DNA of 64,000 bases from an uncultured Pelagibacteraceae bacterium (GTDB lineage: Bacteria > Pseudomonadota > Alphaproteobacteria > Pelagibacterales > Pelagibacteraceae), in contig CACBIC010000004.1 of assembly GCA_902539235.1 (NCBI GenBank), positions 3,153 to 67,152 on the forward strand, in the 5' to 3' direction. Below, piece after piece: positions 28,279 through 36,967 of this stretch. The first letter of the stretch is position 1. Each line of letters opens with the position of its first letter. The notes under the pieces are model-generated. The model ran no database searches, was not told the DNA's origin, and was given only the letters and a program-made list of their open reading frames with translations. A program made the translations under genes and the position numbers.

Positions 28279-29358
28279 ATGACAAAAAAGATTACATTTT
28301 TAGGAATAGAAACCAGCTGTGATGAAACTGCGGCTGCTGTTATAAAAGAAAATTCTAGAGGTACAGCTGATATTCTGTCAAATATTGTTTCCAGTCAAAT
28401 CTCCGAACACAAAAAGTTTGGTGGAGTTGTTCCTGAGTTAGCTGCGAGAGCTCATTTAGAAAATATAGACTATATTGTTAAAAAAGCTTTAGAAAAAAGC
28501 AAAATTAACTTAAGTCAAATAGATGGTGTTGCAGCAACTGCTGGACCAGGTTTAACCGTTTGTTTAACAATTGGTCTAAACATTGGTAAATCAATAGCTG
28601 CGTTTTCTGAAAAACCTTTTGTTGGCGTTAATCATCTTGAAGGTCACGCATTAAGTCCAGGATTAGAGACACCTATAGACTTTCCATATCTTCTCCTATT
28701 AATTTCAGGAGGTCACACGCAATATCTGATTGTTAAAGATGTTGGTAAATATGAGCAACTAGGAACTACAATTGACGATGCCTTGGGTGAAGCATTTGAC
28801 AAAACATCTAAAATGTTAAACTTAGGTTACCCAGGGGGACCTTGTGTTGAAAAATTTTCTAAATTAGGAAACAAAAATTTCTTTAAGCTTCCTGAGCCTA
28901 TTATTAATAAAGCTGGATGTAATTTGTCTTTCGCAGGACTTAAAACAGCAGTTCTTAGAGAGTCTAAAAAGATAAATGATAATGAAAAAATGAAGTACAA
29001 TCTTGCTGCTTCATTCCAAAATACAATTAATAAAATACTTTATAAAAAAACAAAAATTGCTTTAGAAATGTTCAAGAAAAAAGTTCAAGTAAAAGAAGTT
29101 AAATTAATAGTTGCTGGAGGTGTTGCAGCAAATAAATCTATAAGGGATAATTTAAATAATTTATCCAAAGAAATGAACTTTAAAGTGATTTATCCGAATA
29201 CTGAGTTCTGTGGAGATAATGCTGCGATGATTGCTTGGGCGGGAATAAAAAGATTTAAAAAAGACTTATTTGATGATCTTGATATTTCTGTAAAGTCTAG
29301 ATGGCCTCTAGATGAAACTGCTCCTTTTATGAAGGGCCCGGGGTTAAGACTAGGCTAA
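28279..29358 (+). CDS. tsaD: tRNA N6-adenosine threonylcarbamoyltransferase
   Basis: GIETSCDET, GGVVPELAARAH, NHLEGH, DDALGEAFDK, DNAAMIA. Confidence 0.97.
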   Translation: MTKKITFLGIETSCDETAAAVIKENSRGTADILSNIVSSQISEHKKFGGVVPELAARAHLENIDYIVKKALEKSKINLSQIDGVAATAGPGLTVCLTIGLNIGKSIAAFSEKPFVGVNHLEGHALSPGLETPIDFPYLLLLISGGHTQYLIVKDVGKYEQLGTTIDDALGEAFDKTSKMLNLGYPGGPCVEKFSKLGNKNFFKLPEPIINKAGCNLSFAGLKTAVLRESKKINDNEKMKYNLAASFQNTINKILYKKTKIALEMFKKKVQVKEVKLIVAGGVAANKSIRDNLNNLSKEMNFKVIYPNTEFCGDNAAMIAWAGIKRFKKDLFDDLDISVKSRWPLDETAPFMKGPGLRLG

Positions 29359-29369
29359 TTCAATAATTA

Positions 29370-30377
29370 ATGAATATACAAATCAAAACTGTTTTAAAAA
29401 ATATAGTATTAGTTTTTTTTTCACTGTGCTTTGCAATTTTTTTCATAGAGGTAATATTGAGAATAACTGGCTCCACTCCAAAAAAATATTTAGATATCTC
29501 AAAAAACGAGCCAGTCACAAATGAAAAAAATGAAACTTTGGGTTGGTCACCAATAATAGGAATTCATAATTTTAAACCATGGGCTGAAAATGGAAAGAAC
29601 ACTGTGTTAACTTTTAATAATGATACAAGTCGATTTATAAGTGACCAGAAAGAAAATCTAGAAAAAATAGTTTTTGTTGGTGGTTCAATTACAAATGGCT
29701 GGGCTGTTAGTGACAATGAAACTTTTCCCTACCTATTGCAAAAAAAGTACAAAAATTTTAAAGTTTACAACTTTGCTGTAGGGGGATACGGAGGCTACCA
29801 ATCTTTACTTAATCTTGAAAAAATATATAAAAAAAAAGAAAATATAAAATTTGTAATTTATGGTTTTATTCCGCATCATGAAGTAAGAAATGTTGCAGCA
29901 GGCTCCTGGTTATATCTTTTAAATTACGTATCTAAAAGAGGGGTTGTTAATTTACCTTATGCTTCATTAGACAAAAACGGAAAGCTTGTTCATCACGCTC
30001 CAGATAAATTAATTAAAATGCCACTCAGTGAAAAATTAGCTATCTCAGCAAAAATCGAAAAAAAAATTATGAAATTAAAGTCTTTTAAGAGAGAAAAAAG
30101 ACAGACTGAAATTTCTTTAGCAATTATAAATGAAATGAATGTTCTTTCAAAAGAAAACAATAGTAAATTTATTTTACTAATTTTAAAAGATTTTGGTGAT
30201 AGAAGAAAGAAAGCCTATAATGAATTTTTAAAAAAAAACGATATACATAACATTAATTGTTTTTTATCTTCTGATAAAAAATATCAAGTGCCAGGCGAAG
30301 GACATCCAAATGAGATTTCACATCAGCTTATTAGTGAATGTGTTTTTAAAAAATTAAAAAATCAAAATTTAATGTAA
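29370..30377 (+). CDS. Membrane-anchored SGNH/GDSL hydrolase-like protein
   Basis: N-terminal TM helix. Block I FVGGSITNG, block II NFAVGGYG, block V GEGHPN. Confidence 0.75.
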   Translation: MNIQIKTVLKNIVLVFFSLCFAIFFIEVILRITGSTPKKYLDISKNEPVTNEKNETLGWSPIIGIHNFKPWAENGKNTVLTFNNDTSRFISDQKENLEKIVFVGGSITNGWAVSDNETFPYLLQKKYKNFKVYNFAVGGYGGYQSLLNLEKIYKKKENIKFVIYGFIPHHEVRNVAAGSWLYLLNYVSKRGVVNLPYASLDKNGKLVHHAPDKLIKMPLSEKLAISAKIEKKIMKLKSFKREKRQTEISLAIINEMNVLSKENNSKFILLILKDFGDRRKKAYNEFLKKNDIHNINCFLSSDKKYQVPGEGHPNEISHQLISECVFKKLKNQNLM

Positions 30378-30381
30378 TCTT

Positions 30382-30795
30382 ATGAATTATTGGCTTTTAA
30401 AATCTGAACCTTACGTTTGGTCTATAGATGATCAAATAAAGGCTGGTGATAAAGGGATTGCTTGGGATGGTGTTAGAAATTACCAAGCTGCCAATAACTT
30501 AAAAAAAATGAAAGAAGGAGATCTGTGTTTTTTTTACCATTCTAATTTAGGAAAAGAAATTGTAGGCACAGTTAAAGTTACAAAAGCTGCTTTTCTAGAT
30601 AAAACCGACAAAAAAAAGAGATTTGTGGCTGTTCAGGTTAGGTTTGAAAAAAAATTAAAAGTGCCAATTTCTTTGGAAAAAATTAAAAAAAACAAGACAA
30701 TTTCTCATTTACCGTTAATCAAACAAAGCAGATTGTCTGTAATGCCTATAGATTTTAAAAGCTGGAAAATTATTTGTAAGATGGGTAAAATATAG
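30382..30795 (+). CDS. EVE domain protein
   Basis: YWLLKSEP, WDGVRNYQA, FFYHS, SRLSVMP. Confidence 0.93.
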   Translation: MNYWLLKSEPYVWSIDDQIKAGDKGIAWDGVRNYQAANNLKKMKEGDLCFFYHSNLGKEIVGTVKVTKAAFLDKTDKKKRFVAVQVRFEKKLKVPISLEKIKKNKTISHLPLIKQSRLSVMPIDFKSWKIICKMGKI

Positions 30796-30813
30796 AAAAA
30801 TTTAGAGGTATTT

Positions 30814-32940
30814 GTGGCTAAAAAGAAAAAAAGAAAAAAGAAAAAGTCAAAAATTAAAAGAAAAACTAGAAAGAGATTAAAAAAAACTAAAATTTCTAGA
30901 AAAAAAACTAGAAAAACAAAAAAATCTAGAAGAAAAAAGAAATCTAGAAAAAAAATAAGAAAAATAAATTTTAAAGCACCTACTTACTCAAAAGATAGTG
31001 ATGGAAATCCAATTATTAAAGTATCTGATAGTTGGGCAAACCACGCTTACGTTAATGAATCAAAATATAAAAAGAAATACAAGCTCTCTATTAAGGAAAA
31101 TGATAAATTTTGGTCTAAAGAAGGTAAAAGAATTACTTGGATCAAGAAATACACAAAAATTAAAGATGTAAAATACAGCAAAGATGAGGTTAAAATAAAA
31201 TGGTTTTATGATGGAACGTTAAATGCATCAGCTAACTGTATTGATAGACATCTTAAAAAGAATCCGAGTAAAACAGCAATCATTTGGGTTGGAGACGATC
31301 CTGCAGATACAAAAAAGATATCTTATAAAGAACTACACCAAAATGTTTGTAAGGCTGCTAATGGATTGAAAAGTTTAGGTATTCAAAAAGGTGACAGAGT
31401 AACAATTTATCTTACTATGATACCAGAATTAGCCTACATAATGTTGGCCTGTGCAAGAATAGGTGCAGTACACTCAATCATTTTTGGTGGATTTTCGCCC
31501 GACTCGATTGCAACGAGAATTACAGATTGTGAATCTGAATACTTAATTACTGCAGACGAAGGAGTTAGAGGAGGAAAAATTATCCCATTAAAAAAAATTG
31601 CAGACGAAGCTTTAGATCAATGTCCAAGTGTTAAAAAATGTGTAGTCGTTGAAAGAACTGGAAATCAAGTAAATTGGAATAATGAAAGAGATGTTTCTTA
31701 TAAGGAATTAATTTCTTCAGTGCCTGCAAAATGTGAACCTGAAGAAATGAACGCAGAGGACCCGCTATTTATACTTTACACTTCGGGATCTACCGGAAAA
31801 CCAAAAGGTGTTCTTCATACCACTGGTGGCTACATGGTCTACGCATCTATGACTCATCAATATATTTTTGATTATAAAACAAATGATATTTATTGGTGTA
31901 CTGCAGATATTGGCTGGGTAACAGGGCACAGCTATATTATATATGGACCCCTTTCTAATGGTGCCACAACTATAATGTTTGAAGGGATACCAAATTATCC
32001 AGATAGTTCTAGATGGTGGCAAATAGTTGATAAGTACAAAGTAAATATTTTTTATACTGCTCCAACGGCGATCAGAGCTTTGATGAGAGAGGGAGATAAG
32101 CCGGTAAAAAAAACTAGCAGAAAATCTTTAAAATTATTAGGAACAGTTGGAGAGCCTATAAATCCAGAAGCTTGGATGTGGTATTACAAGACTGTAGGAG
32201 AATCAAGATGTCCAATAGTTGATACCTGGTGGCAGACAGAAACGGGAGGAATTTTGATTGCACCTCAACCTGGAGCAATAGATTTAAAACCTGGATCAGC
32301 TACGAAGCCTTTTTACGGAATAAAACCTGTTTTGGTCGATAAAGACGGTAAAGTAATAAAAGGAGAAGGTAAAGGAAGATTGTGCATGGCTTCTTCATGG
32401 CCAGGTCAAATGAGAACGGTGTATGGAGATCACCAAAGATTTATAGACACTTATTTTTCTCAGTTTGATGGAAAATACTTTACTGGGGATGGCTGCCGAA
32501 GAGATAAAGATGGTTATTATTGGATTACAGGTAGAGTTGACGATGTTATTATTGTTTCTGGACACAATCTTGGAACGGCTGAAATAGAAAGTGCATTCGT
32601 TGCACATCCAAAAGTTGCTGAAGCTGCTGTAGTGGGATTCCCTCACAGCATTAAAGGGAATGGATTATATTGTTATGTAACTTTAAATGCTGGTGAAAAT
32701 CCGACAGGAGATTTGGAAAGAGACCTTAAACTTTGGGTGAGAAAACAAATTGGTCCAATAGCAACTCCAGATGTAATTCAATTTGCTCCAGGATTGCCAA
32801 AAACTAGATCTGGAAAAATTATGAGAAGAATATTAAGAAAAATTGCTGCTAATGAACCTGATAATTTAGGCGACACTACCACTTTAGCAGATCCTAGTGT
32901 TGTAACATCACTTGTAGAAAATAGACAAAATAAGGGCTAA
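30814..32940 (+). CDS. acs: Acetyl-CoA synthetase with N-terminal Lys/Arg-rich extension
   Basis: [21 protein letters not shown], acetylation motif PKTRSGK. GTG start preceded by AGAGGT. Confidence 0.96.
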   Translation: MAKKKKRKKKKSKIKRKTRKRLKKTKISRKKTRKTKKSRRKKKSRKKIRKINFKAPTYSKDSDGNPIIKVSDSWANHAYVNESKYKKKYKLSIKENDKFWSKEGKRITWIKKYTKIKDVKYSKDEVKIKWFYDGTLNASANCIDRHLKKNPSKTAIIWVGDDPADTKKISYKELHQNVCKAANGLKSLGIQKGDRVTIYLTMIPELAYIMLACARIGAVHSIIFGGFSPDSIATRITDCESEYLITADEGVRGGKIIPLKKIADEALDQCPSVKKCVVVERTGNQVNWNNERDVSYKELISSVPAKCEPEEMNAEDPLFILYTSGSTGKPKGVLHTTGGYMVYASMTHQYIFDYKTNDIYWCTADIGWVTGHSYIIYGPLSNGATTIMFEGIPNYPDSSRWWQIVDKYKVNIFYTAPTAIRALMREGDKPVKKTSRKSLKLLGTVGEPINPEAWMWYYKTVGESRCPIVDTWWQTETGGILIAPQPGAIDLKPGSATKPFYGIKPVLVDKDGKVIKGEGKGRLCMASSWPGQMRTVYGDHQRFIDTYFSQFDGKYFTGDGCRRDKDGYYWITGRVDDVIIVSGHNLGTAEIESAFVAHPKVAEAAVVGFPHSIKGNGLYCYVTLNAGENPTGDLERDLKLWVRKQIGPIATPDVIQFAPGLPKTRSGKIMRRILRKIAANEPDNLGDTTTLADPSVVTSLVENRQNKG
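30820..30963 (+). repeat. Low-complexity A-rich imperfect repeats encoding the K/R tail
   Basis: Five A-flanked CTAGA units (ACTAGA/TCTAGA) within poly-A tracts. Confidence 0.7.
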
Positions 32941-33578
32941 TTAAATTTTAAGTTTTTCGTTAATTTTTTAAACTCATCTTTCATTAAGCCCCACTTTAAG
33001 TGGATAGAGTTTAAAACAATCTTTTTATCTAGTGATTTTAATTCGTCAGCGATAGGTGACCAATAGTATAAAGCTTGACCACTTTCTTTAAACGGTTCGT
33101 TTAAGTGATAATTCGAAAAATTTACTTTGTCTAATCTTTCTAAAAAATGTTTTTTACCTCTATCAAAAATTTCATCACTTAAACCATTGTTTTTTTCATT
33201 TTCTAAAATATTTAAAAAGATTTCCTTGCAATCATTATCTTTTAAGTTTTTTTCTGAGATAAGATAAGAGAAAATGTAAAAAGCGCAATCAGCTAATGCA
33301 ACCACATAGATATTCCATTTTGCAAGATTGATTGACTTTAAAAACCTTTCATCCTCCATCATGGCAATATATTTTACTCCAATTCTAGTTTTTAAATAAC
33401 CGTAGAGAGTTGTTTGAGTAACATGAGCAGATCTCTCTTGAATAAAATTTTCTAGATCCTTTTTTGATTTTATGCTTTTAAATAAACCAGAAATTTTCCA
33501 AATCGGAATTACATATTCCCAAACGCTAATTAGAGTGGTTCTAAGAGTGTTTCGCAGTTTATTTAGATTCAATTTCAC
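32937..33578 (-). CDS. Hypothetical protein
   Basis: 213-aa ORF filling the gap convergent with acs. Contains [26 protein letters not shown] start uncertain. Confidence 0.75.
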   Translation of the reverse strand: MKLNLNKLRNTLRTTLISVWEYVIPIWKISGLFKSIKSKKDLENFIQERSAHVTQTTLYGYLKTRIGVKYIAMMEDERFLKSINLAKWNIYVVALADCAFYIFSYLISEKNLKDNDCKEIFLNILENEKNNGLSDEIFDRGKKHFLERLDKVNFSNYHLNEPFKESGQALYYWSPIADELKSLDKKIVLNSIHLKWGLMKDEFKKLTKNLKFN

Positions 33579-33632
33579 GTTGTATTTAAAAAACCCTTTA
33601 TTTACTTGTCTTATAGCATTTCAATTTGGTTT

Positions 33633-33729
33633 TGGGGTCCTTTTTTCTCTTTTAATTCAACTCATAATCAGTATGCTCCCCAGCAATAAGAGTACTTTTT
33701 ACGTAAAAAGTTAAAAATAAATAGGGGGA
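33633..33729 (+). promoter_or_regulatory. Structured leader/operator region ahead of DUF4212-symporter
   Basis: TGGGG (33633-37), CTCCCCA (33676-82), 18-bp palindrome ACTTTTTACGTAAAAAGT (33694-711), SD AGGGGGA (33723-29). Confidence 0.45.
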
Positions 33730-33732
33730 AAT

Positions 33733-33990
33733 ATGTCAAATAAAGACGCATATTGGAATAAGACCAAAAACCATATGATAGTAACATTGGTTCTTTGGGC
33801 TTTCTTCTCATTAGTGATCTTCATGTTTGGTTCAGAACTGAACACGATGTCTTTTCTTGGCTATCCATTAGCATATTACATGACTGCGCAAGGTTCACTT
33901 CTTGCCTTTGTGATAATTTTGTTTTGGACTGCAAATAAACAAGAAAAAATCGACGAAGAACATGGTTTCTCAGAAAGAGAGGATGACTAA
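33733..33990 (+). CDS. DUF4212 small membrane partner of Na+:solute symporter
   Basis: YWNKT, GYPLAYYMTAQGS, IDEEHG. Stop overlaps the symporter start (TAATG). Confidence 0.88.
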   Translation: MSNKDAYWNKTKNHMIVTLVLWAFFSLVIFMFGSELNTMSFLGYPLAYYMTAQGSLLAFVIILFWTANKQEKIDEEHGFSEREDD

Positions 33991-35846
33991 TGTTTAAAGG
34001 AGATTTTATACAAAACCTTCCTAAAATATATGGTACCTACACTGGTGGCTTTATAGTGTTCATCATTTTGATGGCATTAGCAGAGCAAGCAGGTGTGTCA
34101 GCTAAAAACATCGGAGTGATGTTCGTGGCTTTCACGGTATTGATTTATGCCTTAATCGGTTATTTATCAAGAACCATTCAAGTAGATGCCTACTATGTTG
34201 CAGGAAGACAAGTGCCAACCGTGTTTAACGGAATGGCAACAGCAGCTGACTGGATGTCAGGTGCATCATTCGTAGCTTTAGCGGGTGGAGTTTACTTTGG
34301 TGGCTATACTTATATGGCCTTCTTAGTAGGTTGGACAGGTGGATACGTACTTGTTGCAACTCTAATGGCTCCGTACCTAAGAAAGTTTGGATGTTACACA
34401 GTTCCTGATTTTATCGGAACACGATACGGTGGTAATGCGGTGAGAGCTGCATCAGTATTCGTGCTTTTCATAGCATCATTTACTTACGTAACAGCACAAA
34501 TTAATGCTACGGGAACAATTGCTTCTAGAGCTCTTGGAATTCCGTTCGAAGCGGGTGTATGGGTAGGATTAATAAGTATCCTTATCTGTTCAATGCTTGG
34601 TGGAATGAGAGCCGTAACTTGGACACAGGTTGCTCAGTACATTGTATTAATCATCGCATACTTAATACCAGTATTCTGGATTAGTTCTAACGTAGGTGGA
34701 GGAATTTTCCCTCACTTAATGTTAGGTGATGAAGTTGCAAGACTTGGCGAACTTGAACAACAATTTGGACTAGTTAAAAACAGCGCCGCAGATATGAAAG
34801 CAGCTGGGGTACCAGGAGGATTGAAATATATCTCTGGAACTCACTCTGGAGTACCTGAAGGTGGAATGGCTGTCTGGAAATACTTATCGTTAGCGATTTG
34901 TATGATGGTGGGAACTGCATCGTTACCTCATATCTTAATGAGATACTTTACAACTCCTACAGTAAGAGCAGCAAGAAAATCAGTAGCTTGGTCGCTATTC
35001 TTTATTTTCTTACTTTACTCTTCAGCGCCTATGTTAGCGACATTGTCTAAATTAGCATTGATGGATCCAAATCTACCAACTGGAATTATCGGAAAATCTA
35101 TTTCTGAAGTTCAGTCGATAGAGTGGGTACAAAGATGGTCTGAAGTTAAACAAGTATTTATCGCAGACTTTAATGGTGACGGAATACTTCAGTTGAACGA
35201 ATGGTTCATGAGAGGTGACGTTGTAGTATTAGCTACTCCAGAAGTAGCGGGTCTACCGTTCGTAATCTCAGGACTAGTGTTTGCTGGTGGTATGGCTGCT
35301 GCCATGTCAACTGCCGATGGATTGGTTCTTGCGATCTCAAATGCGTTATCACACGACATTTACTACAAGATCATAAATCCAAAAGCGGAAACTGCTAAAA
35401 GACTATTAGTTGCTCGTACACTTCTAGTAATAATCGGAGCTGCTGGTGCTTACATAGCCTCTTTCAGGCTAACAAGTATCTTAGGTTCGGTTGCTTGGGC
35501 ATTCGACTTTGCAATGTCAGGTTTATTCTTCCCACTTGTACTTGGTGTATGGTGGAAGAGAGCTACTAGAGAAGGTGCAATCGCTGGTATATTGGCGGGA
35601 ATTATTTCAGGAACAGTTTACTTAACGTGGGTGTTCCCTAAATTCTCAGTTCCAATATGGGGCGGTGTAAATACTCCTTTCTTAGGTATTGACCACCTAA
35701 GATTTGGTTTAATTGGAGCACCAATTTGTTTAGTTGTAATGGTGGTAGTCAGTTTAATGACTAAAGAACCAAGTCCAGCTACACAAAAATTAGTAGACGA
35801 TACAAGAATACCGACAGGTAAGGCTATTCTTGGTAAGCAACACTAA
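33990..35846 (+). CDS. Sodium:solute symporter, ActP-like (VC_2705 subfamily)
   Basis: YYVAGR, NGMATAADWMSGAS, APYLRKFG, GTASLPHILMRYFT, AAAMSTADG. Confidence 0.93.
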   Translation: MFKGDFIQNLPKIYGTYTGGFIVFIILMALAEQAGVSAKNIGVMFVAFTVLIYALIGYLSRTIQVDAYYVAGRQVPTVFNGMATAADWMSGASFVALAGGVYFGGYTYMAFLVGWTGGYVLVATLMAPYLRKFGCYTVPDFIGTRYGGNAVRAASVFVLFIASFTYVTAQINATGTIASRALGIPFEAGVWVGLISILICSMLGGMRAVTWTQVAQYIVLIIAYLIPVFWISSNVGGGIFPHLMLGDEVARLGELEQQFGLVKNSAADMKAAGVPGGLKYISGTHSGVPEGGMAVWKYLSLAICMMVGTASLPHILMRYFTTPTVRAARKSVAWSLFFIFLLYSSAPMLATLSKLALMDPNLPTGIIGKSISEVQSIEWVQRWSEVKQVFIADFNGDGILQLNEWFMRGDVVVLATPEVAGLPFVISGLVFAGGMAAAMSTADGLVLAISNALSHDIYYKIINPKAETAKRLLVARTLLVIIGAAGAYIASFRLTSILGSVAWAFDFAMSGLFFPLVLGVWWKRATREGAIAGILAGIISGTVYLTWVFPKFSVPIWGGVNTPFLGIDHLRFGLIGAPICLVVMVVVSLMTKEPSPATQKLVDDTRIPTGKAILGKQH

Positions 35847-35865
35847 TTAACAATTATTTAAAATT

Positions 35866-35897
35866 AAAAGGGGCGATTTATTCGCCCCTTTTTTTTT
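35866..35897 (+). terminator. Intrinsic terminator after the symporter
   Basis: AAAAGGGGCGA-TTTAT-TCGCCCC followed by T9. Confidence 0.92.
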
Positions 35898-35922
35898 ACC
35901 TAAATCATGATATTTTAAAAAT

Positions 35923-36258
35923 ATGATACCTACTTGGGCGATCGTTTTAGATTATATATTGGGAACAATAATGTGGACTTTAATTGGTCGAGCATTTATG
36001 AATATTTTTCAAAGGGAAGACTCTCAGTTTTTCTTCATGAGAGTATTTGTAAAATATACTAATCCTATAATTAATTTGTTCAAATTTATCACGCCTAGTT
36101 TCTTATTTGGTCCTTTTATAGCTTTGTATGTTGCTTGGTTTTTCTATCTATTTAGATTTTATGCTATGCCTTATATTTTAGGTTATGACGTCTGGGGAAT
36201 GCTTGCATTTCCATTAGAAAGTGATTTTTCAAGACAATTATATCAACTGTTTAATTAA
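35923..36258 (+). CDS. Small membrane protein, YggT-like pattern
   Basis: 111 aa, hydrophobic. IMWTLIGR...FVKYTNPI...ITP resembles the YggT pattern. Confidence 0.7.
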   Translation: MIPTWAIVLDYILGTIMWTLIGRAFMNIFQREDSQFFFMRVFVKYTNPIINLFKFITPSFLFGPFIALYVAWFFYLFRFYAMPYILGYDVWGMLAFPLESDFSRQLYQLFN

Positions 36259-36267
36259 GCTTATTTT

Positions 36268-36295
36268 TTGACAAAGTTTTGGATTAAAATATAAG
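36268..36295 (+). promoter_or_regulatory. Sigma70-like promoter for rpe, probably leaderless
   Basis: TTGACA-N16-TATAAG, ending 6 nt before ATG 36302. Confidence 0.5.
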
Positions 36296-36301
36296 TAAAG
36301 A

Positions 36302-36964
36302 ATGAGTAGTTCGATTAAAATTTCACCATCTATTCTATCAGCTGATTTCAGTAAATTGGGTAGTGAGGTTATTTCTTTAGAAAAAGCTGGTGCAGACTAT
36401 ATACACATAGATGTAATGGATGGACATTTTGTTCCAAATTTGACTATAGGACCTGAAGTTATAAGAAAGCTTCGTCCTCTAACAAAGAAAACATTTGATG
36501 TTCATCTAATGATTTCACCGGTAGATAATTTTATTAAAGACTTTGCTGATGCAGGATCAGACATTATTACTTTTCATCCTGAAGCTACTCAAGATGTTTC
36601 GAAAACAATAGATTTAATTAAGAATGAGAAAAAAAAGGTTGGAATTTCGCTTAAACCAAAATCGAAAATAGACCTGATAGAAAATTATTTAAGCGAGATA
36701 GACTTAGTACTTATTATGAGTGTTGAGCCAGGATTTGGTGGGCAAAAATTTATGCCTGAGGTTTTAAGTAAAACTAAAATATTAAAAAAAATAATTAAAG
36801 AAAAAAATTTAAATGTAGATATAGAAATCGATGGTGGAATTAATTTTGAAAATTGTACTCTAGCTAAAGAAGCTGGTGCAAACATTCTTGTTTCTGGTTC
36901 AACTATATTTAAAGAAAACCAAGGTAACCTAAAAAAAAATATAGAAATTTTAAGAAAAAATTAG
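36302..36964 (+). CDS. rpe: Ribulose-phosphate 3-epimerase
   Basis: SPSILSADF, HIDVMDGHFVPN, MSVEPGFGGQ, IDGGI. Confidence 0.97.
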   Translation: MSSSIKISPSILSADFSKLGSEVISLEKAGADYIHIDVMDGHFVPNLTIGPEVIRKLRPLTKKTFDVHLMISPVDNFIKDFADAGSDIITFHPEATQDVSKTIDLIKNEKKKVGISLKPKSKIDLIENYLSEIDLVLIMSVEPGFGGQKFMPEVLSKTKILKKIIKEKNLNVDIEIDGGINFENCTLAKEAGANILVSGSTIFKENQGNLKKNIEILRKN

Positions 36965-36967
36965 TAG

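Noticed and set aside
30814-30963. K/R-rich tract as a sequencing artefact, CRISPR or non-coding repeat
   Set aside because: It is in frame with acs, has an SD and start codon, and shows no repeat-spacer regularity. Kept as a coding feature.
33472-33714. 80-aa plus-strand ORF as a possible leader peptide of the symporter operon
   Set aside because: It starts antisense inside the 213-aa gene, has no SD and shows no informative codon runs.
33733-35846. Higher GC in the symporter (and in dctP) as a sign of horizontal transfer
   Set aside because: Explained by Gly/Ala-rich composition and high-expression codons (TTC, AAC, TAC). No flanking repeats or mobility genes.
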